Shown one piece after another: positions 27,137-35,231 of a stretch of 38,593 nucleotides of DNA. A program made the position numbers and the translations under genes. This stretch comes from Candidatus Woesearchaeota archaeon (GTDB taxonomy: Archaea; Nanobdellota; Nanobdellia; Woesearchaeales; DSVV01): the NCBI GenBank assembly GCA_016935125.1, contig JAFGRM010000043.1:1-38593 (forward strand), in the 5' to 3' direction. Numbering within the stretch: position 1 is the stretch's first letter; every line of letters begins with the position of its first letter. Below the pieces are notes generated by a model. That model had not been told where the DNA came from. It made no database searches and was given only the letters and a program-made list of their open reading frames with translations.

Positions 27137-28175
27137 ATTTATCCCTCGCCTTGACCGCTTTTGCCAGCGCACAAGCTCCCTTAAACTCAAATACCTCATC
27201 CTTTCTCATAAGGCATGGCATAATCCTGCCATGGCAGTCTATCCTGACCTTATTGCATCTGCTGCAGAAATCTGGACTCGGCCTCACCACCTCTACAAAT
27301 ATGCCGTCCATGTAATATCTCATCCTTCCCTGCATAGCCCTTTTTCTAACAGACTCTGATCTCTGCCTAAGCTCATCCTCAATATCCATTAGAGGATAAA
27401 AATAGCTCTCAAAGATACCCATGTCACCTAACCTCACAAGCTCTATCAGCTGGAGGTTGATGCCTTTAGCTGCGCAAAAATCTATCATCGGCCAGATCTC
27501 GCCATCATTTATGCCTCTTAACACGACCATGTTGAGCTTTACCTGAAGTCCTGCACGGACTGATTCAAGCATGCCTTTTTCAAGGCGTACTGCATTTTTC
27601 GGAAGCTGGCTGCTAAGCGTAAGCGTATCACAGCCTATGTTGACGTGATTTAGCCCTGCATCTGCAAGCTCGCATGCGCAGGAATGAAGCAATGTGCCGT
27701 TTGTAGTCAGGCCTATGTCTTCATAACCGAGCATGTCCGCATACCTGACTATCTCTGCAATATCTTTCCTTAGAAGGGGCTCGCCGCCAGTAAGCTTAAG
27801 CGAGCTGATGCCTGCCTTTTTTGATTCTGAAAGGATCTCAAACACCTTTTCTGTGCTGACCTCATGCATGTTTCCGGCATCTCCTGTAGTATCCTGTGTA
27901 TTCCCTTCCTTATGGCAATAGAAGCAGTCAAGGTTGCACCTTTTAGTCAGGGAAAGCCTTAGATGGTCCACATGCCTTCCTACTGCATCGATCATCTTTG
28001 CATCTGTCATCGTTGCATCTGTCATCGTTGCATCTGTTATCGTTGCATCTGTTATCGTTGCATCTGTCATCGTTGCATCTGTCATCGTTGCATCTGTTAT
28101 CGTTGCATCTGTTATCGTTGCATCTGTTATCGTTGCATCTGTTATCGTTGCATCTGTCATCGTTGCATTGATCAT
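27123..28175 (-). CDS. moaA: GTP 3',8-cyclase with N-terminal pentapeptide-repeat extension
   Basis: D..GR....LRLSLT.RCNLDCFYCH.EG, LTGGEPLLR, TTNG, KLNMVV.RG.N, FCSRCNKVR..G...PCL. Canonical N-terminus at ATG 27995; ATG 28175 is coupled to the modE stop. Confidence 0.93.
   Translation of the reverse strand: MINATMTDATITDATITDATITDATITDATMTDATMTDATITDATITDATMTDATMTDAKMIDAVGRHVDHLRLSLTKRCNLDCFYCHKEGNTQDTTGDAGNMHEVSTEKVFEILSESKKAGISSLKLTGGEPLLRKDIAEIVRYADMLGYEDIGLTTNGTLLHSCACELADAGLNHVNIGCDTLTLSSQLPKNAVRLEKGMLESVRAGLQVKLNMVVLRGINDGEIWPMIDFCAAKGINLQLIELVRLGDMGIFESYFYPLMDIEDELRQRSESVRKRAMQGRMRYYMDGIFVEVVRPSPDFCSRCNKVRIDCHGRIMPCLMRKDEVFEFKGACALAKAVKARDKYGYG
27996..28175 (-). repeat. 15-bp in-frame tandem repeat AT(G/A)ACAGATGCAACG, 12 units, encoding (M/I)TDAT
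   Basis: 180 nt directly visible; first and last units slightly degenerate. Confidence 0.95.
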
Positions 28176-28534
28176 TTTATGCTCACAACCGCATCTTCAT
28201 ATTTTTTTAACAGCTCTTTTCCAAATGGGTTAAGCGTTGTACTGCCGCCTGCGTCTTTCCCGCCTTTTGAGGTCACTATTATCTTTTGCTTCAGCCTGGA
28301 CTCGATCCTCTTTATGTAGTTATATGCTGTCTTGTATGAAAGCCCGCACGCTTCTGCGCTCTTCTTAAGCGAGCCAGTCTGATCTATGCATCTTAAAAGC
28401 ATGTATCTGCCCTTGCCTAGAAGTGGTCTCCCCATATAATCCAGCCATATCTTATATTTATAGCCAACATTCTTCAGTTTGGCTGGTTTCAGTTCAAGGC
28501 TGTCCTGTCCTTTATAATCAATCCTTATTCCCAT
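28172..28534 (-). CDS. ModE-like winged-HTH regulator (DNA-binding domain only, no TOBE domains)
   Basis: KIWL....LLGKGR..LL..I..TGSL..SA...GLSYKTAY.YI...E......I...KGG...G...L...G..LL; heads the Moco operon. Confidence 0.88.
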   Translation of the reverse strand: MGIRIDYKGQDSLELKPAKLKNVGYKYKIWLDYMGRPLLGKGRYMLLRCIDQTGSLKKSAEACGLSYKTAYNYIKRIESRLKQKIIVTSKGGKDAGGSTTLNPFGKELLKKYEDAVVSIK

Positions 28535-28547
28535 CCCTAAAAGATGC

Positions 28548-28577
28548 TACCGATATGTATTTAAATTCTTTTCGGTA
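28548..28577. promoter_or_regulatory. Putative ModE-box-like operator overlapping the BRE/TATA of the Moco operon
   Basis: TACCGA-N18-TCGGTA inverted repeat; CG-N20-CG spacing; left half CGATATGTA; minus strand reads CCGAAAAGAATTTAAATA. Confidence 0.5.
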
Positions 28578-28716
28578 ATAACAAAGAACAAACAAGAACA
28601 AAGAATAAACAAGAACAAAGAACAAATAAGAAGTAAATTTATATAGAAGTTAGATTATAATTATACAAGAGATAGGCAAATAGCAGTAAAATTATAGGGA
28701 AAAAAGGGGTTTAACA

Positions 28717-29238
28717 ATGGTCAAGTACGCTGAAAACTGGTTTGAAAGCCTTATAAACAAGCTTGTCCTGATCTCGCTTCTCGTGATAATCGCACAGCTT
28801 GTGCTTGAACTGGGATTCAAGATAGAATTCACAAAGAGCTATACCCTGATCAGCGATTCTATAATAAACAGCATCTTTATAATAGATCTTGTGCACATAT
28901 ACCGAAAAAAGGATTCTGTAAAGACATTTTTAACCCAAAACTGGCTTGATATAATAGCATGTATCCCGCTAAATTCCCTGTTTAGGGCTGTAAAACTTGT
29001 CAGGATCGCCAGAGTTGCGAAGATAGTCGCAAGACAGGGAAAAGCAACAAAGCTTCTCCCTACAGCAACAAAACTCAAAAGATTCTCTCTAGTGCATACG
29101 ACAAAGCTGTTCTCAAAGGAGACCGAGGTTGACATGCATATTGACTTTACAAAGGACAAGATCATTGACCTTAAGCTCTCAAAGCTTGATCATGAGATGA
29201 ACAAGATATACAACATAATCAACAATTACAGGTATTAA
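28717..29238 (+). CDS. Ion-channel voltage-sensor-like protein (S1-S4) without a pore domain
   Basis: D.IINSIFIIDL, FL..NWLDIIACIP, S4-like FRAVKLVRIARVAKIVAR; no selectivity filter or further TM helices. Confidence 0.75.
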   Translation: MVKYAENWFESLINKLVLISLLVIIAQLVLELGFKIEFTKSYTLISDSIINSIFIIDLVHIYRKKDSVKTFLTQNWLDIIACIPLNSLFRAVKLVRIARVAKIVARQGKATKLLPTATKLKRFSLVHTTKLFSKETEVDMHIDFTKDKIIDLKLSKLDHEMNKIYNIINNYRY

Positions 29239-29244
29239 GGCAAT

Positions 29245-30357
29245 ATGACCCAAGAGATAATTACAGGCGTCGACAAGCTGGTCCAGATAATCGATACTGC
29301 AGGAGGCAGGATCAGCCTAAAGGATGCTATGAAGCAGATGAACGTCTCAAAGCAGCTCATAGAAGAATGGGCAAATACCCTTGAGGAATCAAAGAGCATC
29401 TGCATCGAGTACAAGCTCTTCAACACATACCTAGTTAGGGGTGTGAGCAAAACCGAGCTGTTGAAGAAAGCAAAGGACCTTACATTAAAAGAAGAGGCGT
29501 TTGAACAGAACCTACAGGTAAACATCAGGGATTTTGAGTCAGAATCAGAAGGCCTCAAGGACATAGAAAAAGAGTTCGATGTCCTGGGCGATGAGCTGAA
29601 GAAAAAGCGCAGCGCAATAGAGCAGGAGCTCAAGCACCTCTATGAGTTCGACAAGCTCAACAAGACATTTGAAGAGGAGCTTGCGAATGTTGACAAGAGG
29701 TCAAAAGTCTATATAAAAGATATAGAAAAAGAGATCAACGACAAGAAGAACGAGTACAGCAGGCTCCTGTCTTTGATCGACAAGGAAGCCCACGAAGTCG
29801 ATGAGAAAAGCAAGAGGCTCAACGAGTTCTTGACAAAAGCCGAGCTGCTGAACAAGGAGATAAACGACTCAAAGAAAAGGATCTCAGAACTCCAGGCTGC
29901 AACAAAGAACATAAAGCCGATAATAAAGAACCTTGAGTCCAGCACGGTAAAGACGCTCTTAAAGGCACAGGAAGATGCTGTGAAGAGGATCTCTGACAAA
30001 CAGAAGGCCTTTTTGAACGAGATAATGATCAAGAGAAGGTTCATGAAGATAGGGCTAAAAGAGAACCAGATGATAAAGCAGAAGATAGATCATTTCTTCG
30101 CAAAACAAAAGCAGCTTGAGAACAGGTTCAACAGGCTAAAGGACGAGAAGGCAGCAATCTCTAAAGAGCTTAACGATATCATGAAGCTTGCAGACGAGTA
30201 CAAGGTCATTGCAAAGAGAAAGGACGTCACAAAAGAATTCAGCAATCTCCAGGAACGCTCCCAGCAGCTCAACGCAAGAAGAGCAAGATTCAGGCACGAT
30301 ATGAGTGAGATGAGAACATCAGTCAAGGGAAAGAAGGCAAAAAACAAGAAAAGGTAA
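29245..30357 (+). CDS. Long coiled-coil protein with N-terminal winged-helix-like domain
   Basis: TGVDKLV..ISLKDA...VS..LIEEWA..LEE...I.IEY, then about 300 aa of heptads; no ATPase motifs. Confidence 0.8.
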   Translation: MTQEIITGVDKLVQIIDTAGGRISLKDAMKQMNVSKQLIEEWANTLEESKSICIEYKLFNTYLVRGVSKTELLKKAKDLTLKEEAFEQNLQVNIRDFESESEGLKDIEKEFDVLGDELKKKRSAIEQELKHLYEFDKLNKTFEEELANVDKRSKVYIKDIEKEINDKKNEYSRLLSLIDKEAHEVDEKSKRLNEFLTKAELLNKEINDSKKRISELQAATKNIKPIIKNLESSTVKTLLKAQEDAVKRISDKQKAFLNEIMIKRRFMKIGLKENQMIKQKIDHFFAKQKQLENRFNRLKDEKAAISKELNDIMKLADEYKVIAKRKDVTKEFSNLQERSQQLNARRARFRHDMSEMRTSVKGKKAKNKKR

Positions 30358-30499
30358 AGGCAACATAACTGCCACATTCTCTTATCACTATCCATTCCTT
30401 GACCCCTTAAAATTTCTAATGTTGGACATCATATAAAACCAAAAGAATTATAACCATTAATGCCAATTCCCATATGGAAAAGAGGAACAGGCATACAAC

Positions 30500-31171
30500 A
30501 TGGGCCCAAAAACCAAAAAACAGAAAGAAAAAGAGGTCATCCTTGTGATCTGTGCGCATAATGACGACCATATACTTGGCGCTGGCGGCACTATTGCAAA
30601 ATACATAAAGGAAGGCAAGGATGTCATAGTGGTTATATTCTCGTACGGCGAGACATCTCATATGTGGCTCAAGAGAAAAGAAGCAGTCAAGATGAGGGTC
30701 AAGGAATCACACAGGGCTGACAAGATATTCGGCGTCAACAAGACCTATTATTACGGGCTTGCAGAAGGGAAGTTTGAAGAAGAGTTCGAAAAGAGGGACC
30801 TGAATAAGAGGCTGAACGCGCTAATAAAGATTCTGCGGCCAATAAAGATATTCACGCATTCGCTCGATGACCCCCACCCAGACCACAGAGCGGTCTACAA
30901 CATCCTCAACAGGACAATGGATAGGACCAACTACAGGTGCGATGTCTATTCATTTGACATATGGAACCCATTCAACATAAGGAAAAGGAACAGCCCGAAA
31001 CTTGTTGTTGACATAACTGATACCTATAAGCTGAAGATCAGGGCATTCAGCCTGCACAAGAGCCAGTGGATGACCAAGATCATCATGATGCCGCTCACTT
31101 ACATCAGGGCTTTTGCAAACGGGCTAAACAGCGAGGTAAAATACGCAGAGGTGTTCTACAAGCTAAGATGA
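30500..31171 (+). CDS. PIG-L/LmbE family N-acetylglucosaminyl deacetylase
   Basis: ILVICAHNDD..LGAGGTI, R.KE, IFTH...DPHPDH, VDIT..K..A...H.SQ. Confidence 0.9.
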   Translation: MGPKTKKQKEKEVILVICAHNDDHILGAGGTIAKYIKEGKDVIVVIFSYGETSHMWLKRKEAVKMRVKESHRADKIFGVNKTYYYGLAEGKFEEEFEKRDLNKRLNALIKILRPIKIFTHSLDDPHPDHRAVYNILNRTMDRTNYRCDVYSFDIWNPFNIRKRNSPKLVVDITDTYKLKIRAFSLHKSQWMTKIIMMPLTYIRAFANGLNSEVKYAEVFYKLR

Positions 31172-32334
31172 AAAGAGAGAGGGATGAAAAAGGAAGTATG
31201 GAAAACAAGGAAGACAGGAAAAAAAGGATCCTCATCGCGACTGACGGCTTTCTTCCGAGATGGGATGGGATAGTCAGGTTCCTGCTTGAGATAGTCCCAA
31301 GGCTAAAGGAAAGATATGATATCAAGATAGCTGCACCGACATTTGAAGGGGAATACAGAAACCCACTCGACGTCGATGTGTTAAGGTTCAGGCAGCTTAG
31401 GCTCAGGTTCGGTGACATCTATTTCAGCTTTGTCCGTGCAAAGGACCTTGAAGAAAGTGTCTTGTGGGCAGACATTGTCTTTGTCCAGTCGCTAGGCACG
31501 ATAGGCATGGCGGCGATCAATGCAGCACACAAAAAAAAGCCTATCATCGCATTCACGCACCTGATCGAATGGGACATATCGACAAAAAGCCTCAAGAGGT
31601 TCAAAAGGATAGTCAATGCCCTGACAAAAGCTATCGCAAAGAGGTACTACAACAGATGCGACCTGCTCATCCATCCAACAGAAGAGGTAAAGGAGATATT
31701 CTGGAAGAACAGGATACATAAGAAGAGTGAGGTCGTTGTCCTTGGCACAGACACTAAAAAGTTCAGGCCTGCTGCTGACAAGGATGCTGCAAAAGAAAGG
31801 CTGAACTTAAACCCAAAGCATCTGGTAATAGGCTATCACGGCAGGATAGGTAGGGAAAAGGACCTCCTTACATTATACCGCGCGTTCAGGAAGCTTGAGA
31901 AGAGCAATGAGAACATCCGCCTCCTTATCGTCGGAAAAGGCGTAAAGGAGCAGGAGAGGATGTTCAGCTCAGACAGGAACATAATCCTACCAGGATCAAA
32001 GCTTGATGTTGTGCCATACCTACAGGCGATGGACATCTATGTCCTGCCGTCCCTTACAGAGACTACATCCCTTGGCACGATGGAAGCGATGTCGTGTGAG
32101 CTTGCAGTCATAACGACAAAAGTAGGATATATAAAAGAGTATATAGAAGAAAGGGAAAACGGGATGCTATTCCCGTTCGGAAACTCTATGAGGCTCGCAA
32201 TGAAGATCCAGCTTCTTATCGACAACCCAGAGCTCAGGCAAAGGCTTGGCAAGAACGCACGCATAACAATCCAGAACAGGTTTAACTGGGAAAAGACTGC
32301 TGAAGAGCTGACAGAGATCATAGGAAGATACTAA
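31168..32334 (+). CDS. Glycosyltransferase family 4 (GT-B)
   Basis: ILIATDGFLPRWDG, GRI.REK, IVGKG, DIYVLPS.TET......EAMS. ATGA coupling at 31168. Confidence 0.92.
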   Translation: MKRERDEKGSMENKEDRKKRILIATDGFLPRWDGIVRFLLEIVPRLKERYDIKIAAPTFEGEYRNPLDVDVLRFRQLRLRFGDIYFSFVRAKDLEESVLWADIVFVQSLGTIGMAAINAAHKKKPIIAFTHLIEWDISTKSLKRFKRIVNALTKAIAKRYYNRCDLLIHPTEEVKEIFWKNRIHKKSEVVVLGTDTKKFRPAADKDAAKERLNLNPKHLVIGYHGRIGREKDLLTLYRAFRKLEKSNENIRLLIVGKGVKEQERMFSSDRNIILPGSKLDVVPYLQAMDIYVLPSLTETTSLGTMEAMSCELAVITTKVGYIKEYIEERENGMLFPFGNSMRLAMKIQLLIDNPELRQRLGKNARITIQNRFNWEKTAEELTEIIGRY

Positions 32335-32449
32335 GGCAGAACAGACACAGATATAAAAAACATCCAACCATAAAAACAGAAGGCCAATGGGTGATTTAAG
32401 AGATTAAAGAAATATCTGCATCAACGATCATAACCATGAAGGCCTCAGG

Positions 32450-33058
32450 TCATTTTTTCTTAAAAGACACCCTGCTGTCAAGCGACTTGCTTATCACAAT
32501 ATCCTCAACACTGCTGCTGAATACAAGAGGCATGTCACACCCCTCTGGATTCATAAAGGACATCTGCTTGTCTTCAGTGTAATGCTTGCATACTGCATTC
32601 TCGCAGTTGATATACTCAAACGGTTTTGCAACCCTGTATATCCAGCTTATCTTCTGGGCACTGCAAAGGCAGATGCAGGGCTCATCCATGGGGCAATGGA
32701 TGACATCGCGCGTTATCTGAAGCTTGATAGTCCTTGGAAACATGGGTTCTCTGCATTCGCCTTCAAGGGTGCGGACGCCGGGGTTAAAGCCTACAACCAC
32801 ATAATCGCTGCTCAGCTGAAGATTTAGTTCTGTAGACTCACCTGTCTTCAGGCTTTCAACAGAAGAGTAAAATTCCATGAAGCCTTTCATCACACCACCC
32901 TCTTTTTCTCGGTCTATGAAGACATCAAAAAGCCCGCTTATAAAGGCGCTTATCGCAAGCAGGGCCATGACCGCAAGAACAAGCCCTATTACAGTATTAA
33001 GGCTAAGGCTCATGTCCCCTCTTTTCTCTCTGCTGCTTTTCTCTATGCTACACATCAT
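32450..33058 (-). CDS. Pilin-like protein (class III signal KRG|DMSLSLNTVIGLVL), Cys-containing
   Basis: Basic-G site then a hydrophobic stretch of about 20 aa; CICLC motif. Start uncertain. Confidence 0.75.
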   Translation of the reverse strand: MMCSIEKSSREKRGDMSLSLNTVIGLVLAVMALLAISAFISGLFDVFIDREKEGGVMKGFMEFYSSVESLKTGESTELNLQLSSDYVVVGFNPGVRTLEGECREPMFPRTIKLQITRDVIHCPMDEPCICLCSAQKISWIYRVAKPFEYINCENAVCKHYTEDKQMSFMNPEGCDMPLVFSSSVEDIVISKSLDSRVSFKKK

Positions 33059-33200
33059 AAAATACCTTGCTATACCTTTGTACCTTGCTTCACCTTGCTT
33101 CAAATCATAGGCAATTACAAATTACAGGTTATATAGTTGGCAATAACATTTAACCAGTTGTATCATTGGCAATAGCAGTTTATATTACAGGCAACAACAG

Positions 33201-33500
33201 TCAATCCTCGCTGTCATCACCCTTGCCATAATATTTTTCAGGATCGTTGTCGTCGCTGTCACATACGATCGTCTTTCCATCTACTGTTATTGTAGCCTTT
33301 TTGTAGCCGTCATTGTCAACATCTGTGTCATCAGCTGTTGCCATGCACTTGTTCTTGATAGTAATGTCATTGTTTATCAGCCCTATGCTTCCCATGAACT
33401 TTGAAAAGACCCCACCTGATATGAACATCAATATCAGGAGTGTTGCTAAGGCAAGGACAGCCATGATTATAAACCAGTTTACCTCAGCTTTTTTCCCCAT
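33201..33500 (-). CDS. Small pilin-like protein (KKA|EVNWFIIMAVLAL) with acidic DxDxDG loop
   Basis: RBS GAGGT; class III signal; DVDNDGY...CDSDDNDP is a Ca-binding-like motif. Confidence 0.8.
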   Translation of the reverse strand: MGKKAEVNWFIIMAVLALATLLILMFISGGVFSKFMGSIGLINNDITIKNKCMATADDTDVDNDGYKKATITVDGKTIVCDSDDNDPEKYYGKGDDSED

Positions 33501-33558
33501 CTTTTACCTCTGTTGATCTTACTCCAACCAATCTTAGTGTAATTTATCTTAGTGTAAT

Positions 33559-34158
33559 TTATCTTGCTGTGATTGATCTTATCGTAACTACTTTGCTTTT
33601 TCCCTTTTTGCAGCAGACAACCCCTTCATTATCACCGCAGTCAGCAAAAAGCTGGTATTGCGCATCACATCTCTTTGTTGTGCATTCCCCTCCTGCAAGT
33701 GAGCATGCAGTGACACAGCATACAGTACTACTGCTTGTGCTTCCTGTACTCTCATCATTGCTGCATCTGTAGTCCATAATACGGCCGTCGTAGTTTTCAC
33801 ATGCAGTCTTATCGATGCAGTCTCCACGGCCTGTTGTCTCACAGTTGTTCAGCTCGCCTGAGAACAACCCGAACCTGCCTGAAAAGACTATAAGAAGCAC
33901 GATCAGGACTGCAAGCGCAATAACAGCCATGACAATAGTATTCATGCCCATCTCTATGCCTCTCTTATCATTGAACAACCTCTTATCACTCAACCCATCA
34001 AATAAGTTAGTGAACAAGCCATTGGACAACCTGCGATTGTTATTCTTCTTCATGGTTCTCATGGTTTCTATGGTTTTCATGGTTTTCATTGTTCTAGTGG
34101 TTCTTATGGTCTCTATGGTTCTCATCTTTTTCATATCCATCCTTGATGACACATCCAT
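33559..34158 (-). CDS. Pilin-like protein (KRG|IEMGMNTIVMAVIAL) with two six-Cys domains and a repeat-extended leader
   Basis: RBS GAGGTG; class III signal; two C..C..C..C..CC units. Confidence 0.8.
   Translation of the reverse strand: MDVSSRMDMKKMRTIETIRTTRTMKTMKTIETMRTMKKNNNRRLSNGLFTNLFDGLSDKRLFNDKRGIEMGMNTIVMAVIALAVLIVLLIVFSGRFGLFSGELNNCETTGRGDCIDKTACENYDGRIMDYRCSNDESTGSTSSSTVCCVTACSLAGGECTTKRCDAQYQLFADCGDNEGVVCCKKGKSKVVTIRSITAR
34054..34125 (-). repeat. 9-bp degenerate tandem repeat, 8 units (MRT/IET/MKT), in the prepilin leader
   Basis: ATGAGAACC, ATAGAAACC and ATGAAAACC variants in tandem. Confidence 0.75.
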
Positions 34159-34178
34159 CCTGATGACACCTCACTCTC

Positions 34179-35006
34179 TTATGGGACATCTGCCTTAGCA
34201 GCATCAGTGCTGCAAGGCCTATTAAGGAATACCTTCCTAAGATTGAAGCTCACTGGCTCCTTGCAATCACCCCATATCCATCTATGGCTAGGATTAAACC
34301 AGCCAACCTGCTCTTTACAGTATTCCTCATTTAAAACCTTTACCCTGTTATCAGAAGTTATGCCTTCAACCCGCAGCAGCTGTTTTGTCTCAACCCCTGA
34401 ATTATCCTCGTTTGGAAGGTTCTCGAGAGAATACTCAGTCATGTCGTCTTTTGGCACTGTCAGCTTGAGCACGTTTATGCCCATCGGCGGCTTGTCGCTG
34501 ATCAACAGATATATAGGTGTGCCTGAACTGACAATGCTCTTGAAGATATATGACTTCCCTTCAGAGGTTGTCATCTCCTGTATGCATTCTGCATGGTTTA
34601 TATCTGCTATTATATGCATCTGCTCTATAGTCACGCTCGCTTTTGTATATTTGGCATCATCCCTCAACGCCTTGTTGAAACCATCAAAGCCCTCAATATA
34701 TTCATCAATCCTCTGCTGCTCTGCTCTTGAAAGGTCCCCACCTGGCGATGCCTCTCTTACCTTATCACATGCCTTGTCAAAAGCCTGTATCTTAGAAAGC
34801 GGCTTGCAGGCAGCCTCTGCAACCTGAAGCCCGAGCCTCCCAAGCATGCCTCCTACTCCAAGCGACCACATTATAACCAGGATCAACGCGAGTGCAAGGC
34901 TTACAAGTACCCAGTTCGGGCCATCTGCCCTCTTGTTCCACCTCAAGCCACACCTACTATTCAGGGCCTTGTTCTTGTTTTGGCCAGGCCAAATCAGGGA
35001 TATCAT
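34179..35006 (-). CDS. Pilin-like protein (KRA|DGPNWVLVSLAL)
   Basis: ATGA-coupled to the upstream small gene; basic-A site then a hydrophobic helix. Confidence 0.75.
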   Translation of the reverse strand: MISLIWPGQNKNKALNSRCGLRWNKRADGPNWVLVSLALALILVIMWSLGVGGMLGRLGLQVAEAACKPLSKIQAFDKACDKVREASPGGDLSRAEQQRIDEYIEGFDGFNKALRDDAKYTKASVTIEQMHIIADINHAECIQEMTTSEGKSYIFKSIVSSGTPIYLLISDKPPMGINVLKLTVPKDDMTEYSLENLPNEDNSGVETKQLLRVEGITSDNRVKVLNEEYCKEQVGWFNPSHRWIWGDCKEPVSFNLRKVFLNRPCSTDAAKADVP

Positions 35007-35149
35007 GACCACCCCCTGAGAAAATCAAGGAACCCATTCTGGAATTTTCCAGTATTTGCTATTATGACCATAATTATCAAGAGTATGAGAAGCGTTATTA
35101 TAAGCCCGACAAGCCACATAGGCATATCCCCTTTCTTGTTTTTTATCAT
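35003..35149 (-). CDS. Mini pilin, 48 aa, MIKNKKG|DMPMWLVGLIITLLILLIIMVIIANTGKFQNGFLDFLRGWS (not in ORF track)
   Basis: Translated by hand; class III signal; stop overlaps the next start. Confidence 0.75.
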   Translation of the reverse strand: MIKNKKGDMPMWLVGLIITLLILLIIMVIIANTGKFQNGFLDFLRGWS

Positions 35150-35231
35150 TCTACATCATTCTTTTTTCATTGGTTTATATTATTTGCTCTTTGCATAGCT
35201 GCAGTACTATATATCATCTATATCATCTATA

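Noticed and set aside
27934-28319. Plus-strand ORFs with CICHR/CICYR or ASVIV repeats that look like a metallothionein or RiPP precursor
   Set aside because: They are antisense frames of the 15-bp repeat in moaA; the minus frame is continuous with MoaA and coupled to modE.
29245-30357. SMC/Rad50 call
   Set aside because: No Walker A/B, signature or hinge motifs.
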